Below are positions 1-9,196 of a stretch of DNA of 64,000 bases, in pieces. This DNA comes from Aureliella sp. (GTDB lineage: Bacteria > Planctomycetota > Planctomycetia > Pirellulales > Pirellulaceae): the NCBI GenBank assembly GCA_963691875.1, contig OY829846.1:4416001-4480000 (forward strand), written 5' to 3'. The notes under the pieces were generated by a model. That model made no database searches and was not told the DNA's origin. It saw only the letters and a list, made by a program, of their open reading frames with translations. How positions within the stretch are numbered: the stretch's first letter is position 1; every line of letters starts with the position of its first letter. The position numbers and the translations under genes are program-made.

Positions 1-462
1 GGCCGATTCCTCCATGAAAATTAGAGGACAGTAATTGGCCACAAAGTGTTCGTAAAAGAAATCATTGGCTTTGGGATATTTTTCGTGCATCAAGCCCCAG
101 AGACGGCGACCAGAAACTTCGCTGCGGGCGCAGTCGAGGCCTTCAATCGGACGCTTCGGGTGTTCGGGGTCTGGCTTGGCAACCTTGGCATTGATTCCCA
201 GGTATTTTTTGACGAATGCGATTTCTCCGAAAGGCACACCACATTGTGCCATTCCCCATGGTCCAGGGTTCATGCCGAGCATCAAAAACCTGCAACTCTT
301 ACGAGCGTACTTATTCAGATACTCTTCGTGGGCATTCCAAGCGTAGTTCAGCGGATTGTAGACCCAGGGAACCGCGTCGCTGAAGTCAATCTGCTCCACA
401 GCCTCACTCAGCGTCTTGGCAAGTCCGATGACTTTTTTGCTGGTAGCACTTCCTGCTGGCAT
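1..462 (-). CDS. SMUG1-family (family 3) single-strand-selective uracil-DNA glycosylase, runs off the left edge
   Basis: Manual translation from the ATG at 462: MPAGSATSKKVIGLAK...VYNPLNYAW...LGMNPGPWGMAQCGVPFGE...SEVSGRRLWG...NYCPLIFMEESA. These are SMUG1 motifs. It is absent from the ORF track because the stop lies outside the window. Confidence 0.9.
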   Translation of the reverse strand, partial: MPAGSATSKKVIGLAKTLSEAVEQIDFSDAVPWVYNPLNYAWNAHEEYLNKYARKSCRFLMLGMNPGPWGMAQCGVPFGEIAFVKKYLGINAKVAKPDPEHPKRPIEGLDCARSEVSGRRLWGLMHEKYPKANDFFYEHFVANYCPLIFMEESA

Positions 463-516
463 GAATTGCTCGCGTTGAACTTGGCGGAACGGTCGAGAGT
501 AGGGGTCGGTGAAGAG

Positions 517-1836
517 CTACATTTCGGCAGCTTGCTGCTCCATGAACTGCATCGCTTTGTCGCCGATGTCTTTACGGCACCATGAACCGGACCAGCGGAC
601 TTGTTGTACCGCTGTGTAGGCGTTGAGTTTGGCTTTAGCGATGTTGTCGCCTAGTGCGGTAACACCGAGGACTCGGCCGCCCGAGGTGACAACATCCTGT
701 CCATCGAGCGTAGTTCCGGCTTGGAAGACCTTCACATCTGCCAACCCGTCAGCCGCATCGATGCCGGAAATGACTTCGCCTTTGTCGTAGTCACCAGGAT
801 AGCCCTTGCTGGCCATTACGACACAAATCGCCGGTCGCTCGTCCCATTCCGGCGCTTCGATTTGATCCAAAGATTGGTCAACAACTGCGTCCAAGATATC
901 GACCAAATCACTCTTTAGTCGCATTAGCAAAGGTTGGCACTCTGGGTCGCCGAAACGGCAGTTGTATTCCAGAACCTTCGGCCCGGCTTGTGGAGTCAGC
1001 ATCAAGCCAGCGTACAGAACGCCACGGAATGGCTTGCGATTGCGTTTCATCGTGTGAACTGATGGCACCAACACGTGCTCTTCGATCCAAGCCATCAGTG
1101 CGTCATCAACCATGGGCGTTGGGCAGTAAGCTCCCATGCCTCCGGTGTTCGGACCTGTGTCGCCATCAAAGGCGGGCTTGTGATCTTGTGCAGGAGGCAA
1201 CGGCAAAATGGTCTTACCGTCGGTAATTGCCAGCACGCTGGCTTCTTGACCTTCCAGTCGTTCTTCGATGATCATCTGGGCGCCGGCGGAGCCAAACTCT
1301 TTTCGTCGCGCGATGCGGTCAATGGCTTCCATTGCGTCGTTGCGTCGCTTACAAACTATGACACCTTTACCAGCCGCCAAGCCGTCTGCTTTCACAACGA
1401 CCGGGCAGCGATCGCGTTCGCCAGGATAGCGGCCTTTTATGAATCGCATCGCGTCGTCAGCATCGCGGAACACTTGAAAGTCCGCCGTGGGAACGTCAGC
1501 TTGACGGAGCAAGTTTTTGCAAAACGCCTTGCTGCTCTCAAGCTGAGCCGCCTGTTGTGTCGGACCGAACACGCGCAGTTTTTCAGACTCGAAGGCATCG
1601 ACGATACCTATCGAAAGGGGGGCTTCGGGTCCCACAACGGTCAAGCCGATGTTCTCTTTCTTCGCGAAGGCGATGAGGCCTTCAATATCGTTCACTCCGA
1701 TGTCGACATTGATAGCGTCACGCGCAGTTCCGGCGTTGCCTGGTGCGACAAAGACGTCGGTCACTCGAGAGCTTTGACTGATTTTCCAAGCCAAAGCGTG
1801 TTCACGTCCGCCATTTCCGACAACGAGTACTTTCAT
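517..1836 (-). CDS. purD: phosphoribosylamine--glycine ligase
   Basis: MKVLVVGNGGREHALAW, VVKADGLAAGKGV, DTGPNTGGMGAY, EYNCRFGDPECQ. Confidence 0.97.
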   Translation of the reverse strand: MKVLVVGNGGREHALAWKISQSSRVTDVFVAPGNAGTARDAINVDIGVNDIEGLIAFAKKENIGLTVVGPEAPLSIGIVDAFESEKLRVFGPTQQAAQLESSKAFCKNLLRQADVPTADFQVFRDADDAMRFIKGRYPGERDRCPVVVKADGLAAGKGVIVCKRRNDAMEAIDRIARRKEFGSAGAQMIIEERLEGQEASVLAITDGKTILPLPPAQDHKPAFDGDTGPNTGGMGAYCPTPMVDDALMAWIEEHVLVPSVHTMKRNRKPFRGVLYAGLMLTPQAGPKVLEYNCRFGDPECQPLLMRLKSDLVDILDAVVDQSLDQIEAPEWDERPAICVVMASKGYPGDYDKGEVISGIDAADGLADVKVFQAGTTLDGQDVVTSGGRVLGVTALGDNIAKAKLNAYTAVQQVRWSGSWCRKDIGDKAMQFMEQQAAEM

Positions 1837-2117
1837 GAGCTCGCGTTTCCTGTTCTATTCGCCTTGCAAAGTTCACCCCTACGCAGGGATTGTAGGCATT
1901 CTGGGCGAGTTCGAAAGTCGCGCTGGCCGAATCGTTTGTGGAGTTGTTCAGGTAAGCAGAGCTAGTGGGTGGTATGGCGGGCTCGCTGACAACCTCTGCT
2001 TGCGGTGAGGCAAGCTGTAAGCTCGGGGAGGTTCTTGCTTTCCTTCGCCACGAGCCAACTAGAGCCTGATCGATAGTTCACAGAGCCCGAACCTAAATCA
2101 TCCTGACGGATCGAGTA

Positions 2118-4301
2118 ATGCGCAAAGTAAAAAATGGAGGTGGCTGGGCAGCGATCCGGTACACCTTTTCCAAGGCTAAAGAAGCGGGTGGGCTGCTGAA
2201 GCTTTGGAAGGCGATGCGGAGCAAAAACGCTTGCAAGACGTGTGCTCTTGGGATGGGGGGCCAATCCGGAGGGATGGTGAATGAGCAGGGTTCTTTTCCG
2301 GAAGTATGCAAAAAGTCGCTTCAGGCGATGGTCTCCGACATGCAATCGGGAATCTTGCCGACTTTTTGGGATAAGCACAGCCTACATGAATTGCAGCGAT
2401 GGACTCCTCGGGAGCTGGAATACGCTGGCCGCTTGATTCAGCCTCTGCTGTACACGCGCGGTGAGGATAAATACCAGCCGATCACTTGGCAGGACGCCTA
2501 CGAACGTATCGTGGCCAAGCTCGGCTCGCTCAACCCGAACCAGACCTTTTGGTACTTCAGCGGGCGCAGCAGCAACGAAGCTGGCTTCTTGTTGCAACTG
2601 CTAGCTCGAGTGTACGGTACCAACAACGTCAATAACTGCAGCTACTATTGCCATCAAGCCAGCGGTGTTGGTCTCAACAAGTCTTTGGGGACGGGCACCG
2701 CTACGGTGACGCTCGAGGATCTAGATCACGCCGATCTGGCGATGATTATAGGAGGCAATCCGGCCAGCAATCACCCACGACTGATGACTTCGCTCAACCA
2801 TCTGCGCCGTCGAGGTGGCAAGGTGTTAGTGATAAATCCCGTGCGCGAGCTTGGTATGCGACGTTTTCGGATTCCAAGTGATTGGCGCAGTATGTTGTTC
2901 AGATCTGAGATAGCGACTCACTATGTTCAGCCACATATCGGTGGCGACCTTGCACTTCTCTCAGGAATCGCCAAGGCGACGGTGGAGAGCGGAGCCATTG
3001 ACCAGAGCTTTCTCGAGGGATATTGCAATGGACTCGACGACTACATCGACTGGTTGACCGAATTACCTTGGAAGGAACTAGAGATCAAGAGCGGCATTGC
3101 CGAGCCAGAGATGCGAGAAATCGCAGAGCTCTATGCCTGCTCGAGGTCCGCCATCTTTGGCTGGACTATGGGAATCACGCATCATAAGCATGGTGTAGAC
3201 AACGTTAGTTCGATCGTCAATCTGGCTTTGCTACGTGGTATGGTGGGCAGGCCTGGTGCTGGGCTAATGCCGATACGAGGGCATAGTAATGTTCAAGGGA
3301 TGGGCTCGATTGGCGTGACCCCTAAGCTGAAAGAGCAGATCTTTGATGGTCTGCAAAATCATTTTGGAGTGCAGCTCCCGACTTCGCCTGGAATGGACAC
3401 GATGGCCTGCATGGATGCAGCGCGAGCGGGGCAAGTGAAAGCAGCCTTTTGTTTAGGCGGAAACCTTTACGGATCCAATCCAGATGCGACCTATGCAGGC
3501 GAAGCACTTAGCAAACTGGAATTCTTGGTGACCTTGAGTACCACGATGAACACAGGGCATGTTCACTCCTTGGCGGATGAAACAATTGTGCTGCCAGTGC
3601 TAGCGCGCGACGAGGAACCGCAGCCGACGACGCAGGAGTCGATGTTCAACTACGTGCGTCTGAGCGATGGTGGGGAATCGAGATTACCTGGACCTCGATC
3701 AGAGGTTGAGGTGGTTGCCGAACTCGGTAAGCGATTGTTCGCAGCTTGCGAAGATTCCGCCGTTCCTTGGGGGGAAATGCAGGATACCGATAGAATTCGC
3801 GAGTGGATCGGATCGGTGGTTCCCGGTTACAAGAAGATCTCCGAAATCGGTCAGGGCAAGCAGGAGTTTCAGATCGATGGTAGGACTTTTCATCAGCCGT
3901 GTTTTGGAACAAGTGACGGCAAAGCTAGTCTTCACAGCTACGAACTTCCTGATCTGTGTGGCGGATCAGATGAACTACGCATGATGACCGTGCGCAGTGA
4001 AGGCCAGTTCAACACGGTTGTCTACGAAGAAGAAGACCTTTATCGAGGGCAGGAACGTCGTGATCTGATTTTGATGCATCCGGATGATTTGGCACGCTTG
4101 GGGATAAACGAAGACCAGCCCGTCCGGGTTAAGAATTCTGTTGGTTCGACTGAAGTCCTCGCTCGGGCTTACGAAGATATTCGGGCGGGAAACGTTTTGA
4201 TGTACTTTCCTGAAGCGAACGTCTTGGTGCCTCGCGATCTTGATCCGCAATCGCGGACCCCGGCTTTCAAGGCAGTGGCTGTCAAAATTGAGCCGCTATA
4301 G
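2118..4301 (+). CDS. FdhF/YdeP-family molybdopterin oxidoreductase
   Basis: N-terminal GGGWAA and CKTCALGMGG, SGRSSNEA, NNCSYYCH, PIRGHSNVQG, RSEGQFNT, TPAFK. Confidence 0.9.
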   Translation: MRKVKNGGGWAAIRYTFSKAKEAGGLLKLWKAMRSKNACKTCALGMGGQSGGMVNEQGSFPEVCKKSLQAMVSDMQSGILPTFWDKHSLHELQRWTPRELEYAGRLIQPLLYTRGEDKYQPITWQDAYERIVAKLGSLNPNQTFWYFSGRSSNEAGFLLQLLARVYGTNNVNNCSYYCHQASGVGLNKSLGTGTATVTLEDLDHADLAMIIGGNPASNHPRLMTSLNHLRRRGGKVLVINPVRELGMRRFRIPSDWRSMLFRSEIATHYVQPHIGGDLALLSGIAKATVESGAIDQSFLEGYCNGLDDYIDWLTELPWKELEIKSGIAEPEMREIAELYACSRSAIFGWTMGITHHKHGVDNVSSIVNLALLRGMVGRPGAGLMPIRGHSNVQGMGSIGVTPKLKEQIFDGLQNHFGVQLPTSPGMDTMACMDAARAGQVKAAFCLGGNLYGSNPDATYAGEALSKLEFLVTLSTTMNTGHVHSLADETIVLPVLARDEEPQPTTQESMFNYVRLSDGGESRLPGPRSEVEVVAELGKRLFAACEDSAVPWGEMQDTDRIREWIGSVVPGYKKISEIGQGKQEFQIDGRTFHQPCFGTSDGKASLHSYELPDLCGGSDELRMMTVRSEGQFNTVVYEEEDLYRGQERRDLILMHPDDLARLGINEDQPVRVKNSVGSTEVLARAYEDIRAGNVLMYFPEANVLVPRDLDPQSRTPAFKAVAVKIEPL

Positions 4302-4568
4302 TTCTAGCGGCTTGTCGGTATTTTCACTTAACATGCCGCCATCGACGATGGCATACGTTGGCGTGCGGCAATCATTGTTTGCCTGCACGACAAATTGCCT
4401 ATGATAAGCGGAGGCCAACTTACCACACTCCCGCTTGGCCTTCCCACCTACCTGCAGCCATGACGAAGCAGCGGTTTTTTGCAATTTATTGAGCCAGTGT
4501 CTTTGCAGTGTTTTACAACTGGCTCGTCACCTCTCAGGACAGCGCAAACGTAACCTCAAGGAGAATTT

Positions 4569-5456
4569 ATGCGCACTCGACGGTTGGTAATGCTTTCGCC
4601 CCTTGTTTCAATTCTCTTTATGTCCATGCTCGCTTGCAGCCGGCAATAAGAAGCAGGTACCGCGCGCCGCCGCGCAGCAGGGCTTAGCGCAGCTTAAAAA
4701 GAAGGAGACGGAAGTATCCGAATCGGAAAGCCTGCATTTTATGTCCGCTCCCGTGGTTCAGTAGAAAGCGACTTTGAAGTTCGAGGTTGTTTGGGGTGGC
4801 CCGATTCCTAAACGCGAAAAGCTGAAAGCAGACAGGGCGGTTTGCGGGAATTTCAATATCCTTTCCGAGAAAATGGCAGTGGGTAAGGGCGGAGCTATCG
4901 AGAACTTCATGGTGTATTTCGACGTTTGGAAATACAAGATCGAGCTTCCCAAATCCCCTGCTCCGTAGAAGCAAGCCGTCCTGGATAACAAGGGCTGCGT
5001 GTTCGTTCCTCATATTCTGCCTGCCAGAGCTGGGCAGAACTTTGTGGTCACCAACAACGATGGGGAAGGGCACAACGCAAAGTTTCCTTTCTTCGAAAAT
5101 AAAGAGCAGAACCCACTTGTTCCTCCAAAAGCTCGGAAAATGATCCCAGTACCCAAAGCAGAGCCGGTTCCACCACCAGTGGAATGCAACATCCACGGTT
5201 GGATGAAAGCTTATGTCGTCATGTTCGATCACCACTATCTGAGTATCTCAAATGAAAGGGGGGGATTGAAATTCGAGATTTGCCTGTAGGAACGGTCACA
5301 TTCAAGCTCTGGTTCGAAAATGCTATTAGGACGATCGATGAAAGTGAGCTGAATGACGAGAAAGGCAAATGGGGAAGAGGTAACATCGAGATCGATTTAA
5401 AGCTAGGTTTGCATGATCTTGGCATCCGTAAGATTCCAGCTGACAAGTTCAAGTAG
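4569..5456 (+). pseudogene. decayed tandem paralog of the adjacent cupredoxin-like lipoprotein
   Basis: RBS (AAGGAG) and ATG at 4569, a lipobox-like MLAC then TAA. Fragments ILSEKM, LDNKGCVFVPH, CNIHGWM and ADKFK* match 5605-6474. There is an in-frame TAG at 4966-4968 and a frameshift near 5258-5272. Confidence 0.85.
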
Positions 5457-5604
5457 AATTGAGTGGAAGATGCCGTTCTCGAAATCTTTTCTTGACGGAT
5501 GCACGCACTCGGAAGACATTAGTACCGTCAGAGATATGTAATTTCCGCGATGACGTGGCAGACACATTCGTTAGTCGGTCAACGCGAATCCTTTGGAGAA
5601 GAAA

Positions 5605-6474
5605 ATGAAAAAAATTCTGTGTTTCTTGGCACTTGCATCACTTGGTTTGGCTGGCTGCAGCAAGCTTCAGGAGACTGAAATGGCTGTCGCGCCGTCTGCG
5701 GCAGCTCCCGCCGTCGCAGCGGACCAAGAAGTTGCCAAGCCAGAAAAGGCGGTTCGACTGGTTTCTGCGCCAGCTGACACAGCAACGCTCAAGGTAAAGT
5801 TCATGCTGGATGGAGATGTGCCGAAGCGAGAGGAGGTCGATGGGAGCCGCGATCCATTCTGCGCAGATCTGGAAATCCTGTCTGAGAAAATGGTCGTCAG
5901 TAAAGCAGGTGAGATTCAAAACGTGGTGTTGTATCTGGATGCTCGCAAGACCAAGGTGGACTTGCCTAATATTCCTGTGCCTGATGTCAAGCCGGTCTTG
6001 GACAACAAGGGCTGTGTCTTCGTGCCGCACGTGTTCGCTGTACGAGCCGGGCAGACAGTTATCGTGAAGAATAGCGATGAAGCAGGACACAACGCCAACT
6101 TCAATTTCTTCAATAACCCATCGAAGAACTTTCTCGTTCCTGCCGGCGGCTCCAAGGAGCTCGAAATCAAGCAGAGCGAGCCCACTGCAATTCCAGTGGA
6201 CTGTAACATTCACCCATGGATGAAGTCACACATCATCGTCATGGATCATCCCTTCGTTGGAATTTCCAACGAGAAGGGCGAACTTGAGATTAAGGACCTT
6301 CCCGTCGGGGAGGTCGCTTTCAAGATTTGGCACGAGAACTCCGACAGGTCGCTGGAGAAGGGCGAGCTGAACGGCAAGAGCGAAAAATGGTCGCGAGGAG
6401 TCATGAAAGTGGAGCTCAAGCCAGGTATGAATGATTTGGGCACGATCAAGTTCAAGGCTGACAGCTTCAAGTAA
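5605..6474 (+). CDS. lipoprotein with cupredoxin-like and carboxypeptidase-regulatory-like domains
   Basis: Lipobox LAGC; LDNKGCVFVPH; HN...CNIHPWM resembles a type-1 copper ligand set; GGAG RBS upstream of the ATG at 5605. Confidence 0.75.
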   Translation: MKKILCFLALASLGLAGCSKLQETEMAVAPSAAAPAVAADQEVAKPEKAVRLVSAPADTATLKVKFMLDGDVPKREEVDGSRDPFCADLEILSEKMVVSKAGEIQNVVLYLDARKTKVDLPNIPVPDVKPVLDNKGCVFVPHVFAVRAGQTVIVKNSDEAGHNANFNFFNNPSKNFLVPAGGSKELEIKQSEPTAIPVDCNIHPWMKSHIIVMDHPFVGISNEKGELEIKDLPVGEVAFKIWHENSDRSLEKGELNGKSEKWSRGVMKVELKPGMNDLGTIKFKADSFK

Positions 6475-6506
6475 GTCTTCTGCCGATCAACCAGAAACTA
6501 ATCGCA

Positions 6507-6534
6507 CAAGCTCCGCTCTCTCGAGTGGGGCTTG
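6507..6534 (+). terminator. hairpin, possible intrinsic terminator
   Basis: caagctccgctc-tctc-gagtggggcttg inverted repeat after the stop at 6474; weak U-tract. Confidence 0.4.
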
Positions 6535-6606
6535 TTGCATATGCGGTTCACTATTGGTTTACAATGGAGTTTCCCTCTCGCCCCTTTCCTATTCTCGGAA
6601 CCTGTT

Positions 6607-7488
6607 ATGAAAAGCCTCTTCCTTCTTACTTGCAGCTTTTGGCTCACGGCGTTTTGCTGCACCGGTGTTTCCGCCGATGAGAAGGCGAAGATCGTTTTTA
6701 TTTCCGGCTCGCCTAGTCATGGTCGGATGCATCACGAGCATCGGGCAGGAAATATGATTCTGGCTGAAGCATTGAATCAGTCAGGTCTAGATGTCAAAGC
6801 GGAGTTGGTGCCGCATTATGGCTACCCAAAGAATCAGAGCATTCTGAAGGATGCCGCGACAGTGGTCATTTTCTGCACCGGTCACCGTGGCCACGTGTTG
6901 AATCCGAAGTTGGATGAATTCGATGAGCTGATGAAAAGTGGCACCGGCGTGGTCATGATTCACTGGGCGACAGAAGCCGAGAAAGGCAAGCCTGGCGAGA
7001 AGTTCCTGGAGTGGATGGGGGGCTTCTGCGACCTCAATTGGTCTGTCAATCCGCACTGGACAGCGAACTTCAAAGAGTTCCCAGATCACCCGATTGCCAA
7101 CGGAGTGAAGCCATTCTCGATTAATGATGAGTGGTACTACCACATGCGATTTGTACCTGGGATGAAAGGTGTCACCCCGATCTTGTCAGACTTGCCACCA
7201 CCGGAATCACTACGCCGGCCTGATGGAGAGCGGAGCGGGAACCCCAGTGTACGCAAGGCGGTGGCCAACGGAGAGAAGCAGCATGTGGCCTGGGCGTACC
7301 AGCGTCCAGAAGGCGGTCGAGGTTTTGGTTTTACGGGAGCCCACAATCATGTGAGTTGGCAGGACGAGAACTTTCGAAAAGTGGTCTTGAACGCCATTCT
7401 CTGGACCGCGAATGTAGAAGTTCCAAAAGGTGGTTGTCCATCGCCTGCTGTCGGGGAAGAGCAAATCAAAGAGAACCTAGATAAGTGA
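6607..7488 (+). CDS. secreted ThuA-like (class I glutamine amidotransferase-like) domain protein
   Basis: Signal peptide; SHGRMHHEHRAG, DEWYYHMRF, GRGFGFTGAH, NFRKVVLNAILW. Confidence 0.8.
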   Translation: MKSLFLLTCSFWLTAFCCTGVSADEKAKIVFISGSPSHGRMHHEHRAGNMILAEALNQSGLDVKAELVPHYGYPKNQSILKDAATVVIFCTGHRGHVLNPKLDEFDELMKSGTGVVMIHWATEAEKGKPGEKFLEWMGGFCDLNWSVNPHWTANFKEFPDHPIANGVKPFSINDEWYYHMRFVPGMKGVTPILSDLPPPESLRRPDGERSGNPSVRKAVANGEKQHVAWAYQRPEGGRGFGFTGAHNHVSWQDENFRKVVLNAILWTANVEVPKGGCPSPAVGEEQIKENLDK

Positions 7489-7600
7489 TCTGCTAGTCGG
7501 TCGCTTAATTTTCCGAGCGGGGGTGGAGTACTCGGATTGCTGAGTCGGCTTCAGGCTCAATAGAGGAGTTGTGCAGCCCGAGCGGGGCTGATTCAAACAA

Positions 7601-7978
7601 CTATCCAGCAAGGATGTTTTCTAGCTTCTGCCGAGTTTCTGGCGTTGCTAGCTCAAGCTTTCCGAAGCCGCGCACGGCTCCTGCAGCAACAGCTGTATCT
7701 TGATGTTCTGCATAGTTGGTGACCAACATGACTGGCGTGGCGGCCAATTCTTCGTCGGCTTTGATTTGCTTGAGAATCTCGATCCCGTCGGAGTAGTCGA
7801 TGTCGAGCTTCCGATTGATGAAGACTAGGTCGAACGAACTCTCTCGGAGCATGTTCAATGTTTGACCAAGTGTGTCTGCTTTGGCGACTTTGCTGCCTGG
7901 AAACAGCCTTTCGATCAATTGGCAGATTGACCTATGATCCGGTCCACAGTTCCCGACGTCGAGGATACGTTTTGTCAC
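7601..7978 (-). CDS. stand-alone atypical receiver (REC-like) domain protein
   Basis: CheY-like pattern (DLVFINRKLD..DGIEIL..TPVMLVT..GFGK), with Asn at the expected phospho-Asp position. Confidence 0.75.
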   Translation of the reverse strand: MTKRILDVGNCGPDHRSICQLIERLFPGSKVAKADTLGQTLNMLRESSFDLVFINRKLDIDYSDGIEILKQIKADEELAATPVMLVTNYAEHQDTAVAAGAVRGFGKLELATPETRQKLENILAG

Positions 7979-8213
7979 GTGACGGTTCCTGAGGCTCGGA
8001 AAAAGTTAATTACTGGTTTTTGACGTCTGCTTGCTCGGATTGAGCTGTAGTCTTATCATTGGAATCACAGCCGCTAGTTGCAGCAGTGAGCAGCATGCCG
8101 GAGACAAATGCAAGCAGAATGAGGCTGGCTGCGAAGCGTTCTCTTCGCATAGGTAGGATCAGACGAACCATAGTTTTAGGGGAGGTGTGCCAGTCTAGAG
8201 TGCATGTTTAGAA

Positions 8214-8573
8214 TCAATCAAGCCACTCGTCAGAAGGATCGAACTTGGGCGAGGCAATAATCATCACCTTCATTTTTCCGATCGCACGATGCCGTGTTCC
8301 CGGGTGGATCACGATCGTCGACTTCTCTTGAACGGGAAATAGCTCTCCATCCAGTTCCATCTTGGCTTCCTGCTCGCACTCCAGGATGTAGTAGGTCTCG
8401 GTGATTCGCTTGTGGTAGTGAGCCTTTGCGTTTTCCGAGATCTCCGTGATGTGGAGTGAATAGGGAACACTCTCAATGTCCATCAAACCACGGCGTGCCA
8501 CTCCACAAGGGCATGGGGTGGGTGGAATCTCATCAAAATTCAAAAATGAGAATTTCGTGTTTGGCGAAAACAT
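8214..8573 (-). CDS. cupin domain protein
   Basis: HYHKRITETYYILE and IHPGTRHRA metal-binding cupin motifs; N-terminal PCPCG; start placed at the ATG at 8573. Confidence 0.8.
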   Translation of the reverse strand: MFSPNTKFSFLNFDEIPPTPCPCGVARRGLMDIESVPYSLHITEISENAKAHYHKRITETYYILECEQEAKMELDGELFPVQEKSTIVIHPGTRHRAIGKMKVMIIASPKFDPSDEWLD

Positions 8574-8859
8574 TGAGCGAAGCAATTTAGCCCAAGAACC
8601 GTGGGTTCGATAGTGGGGCTCGACAGGATTAACAGGATTAAATAGACGTTCCCAAGCGCTAGCAGTAGGTTTGTCCCCCAAACCCCAGCGCAGAATAAGT
8701 GCTCAAATGATCAGTATCGGGCTCGATTCTGTGAAGTTGTAGGGATTGTTTCGATTCTACTGGCCGCAGGCTTTGCCTAGCTTCCTGAGGCCGTGCAGGC
8801 GGCAAATTCATTACAACTGGTCGTCGTAAGTCCTTCCCACAAAAAAGCTTGCAGCACGC

Positions 8860-8888
8860 TCAAGCGTTTCTTTTCGACTGGCCGATAC
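8860..8888 (+). promoter_or_regulatory. possible sigma28 (FliA)-like promoter upstream of the Cys-rich protein leader
   Basis: TCAAG-N16-GCCGATAC resembles TAAA-N15-GCCGATAA; the spacing is imperfect. Confidence 0.3.
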
Positions 8889-9196
8889 ACGGTTCTGAAC
8901 GCATCTCAACTGTCCTCGACAGTCGGCGTTTAAAACTCAGGGGCGAGTATACGGAATTATTCGTCCAACCCGTTCGTGAACTCTGCCAGTCAGTAGTTTT
9001 GGCACTCAAGAGAACTCAGCCCTCTCTTAAAACAAGCCAGCCGCACCACGAAGCGAGCAACTCTGTTGTACGTTGCGGGGTCGGAGGGTGATTTCGACGA
9101 CTTCGTGCGTCGAAACCAATCTCGGCCAACTACACCCCCACAGGCTTAGAGCTCACTTACGAAATCAGAATCATCGTTTTAGGGAGTTGTGGCTCG

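Noticed and set aside
46..585. 179-aa plus-strand ORF
   Set aside because: Antisense shadow of the SMUG1-type gene and the end of purD
1075..1965. 296-aa plus-strand ORF
   Set aside because: Antisense to purD with no recognisable motifs
8623..8640. ACAGGATTA tandem repeat (two copies) upstream of the cupin gene
   Set aside because: Only two short copies and no second instance noticed, so insufficient to call a site
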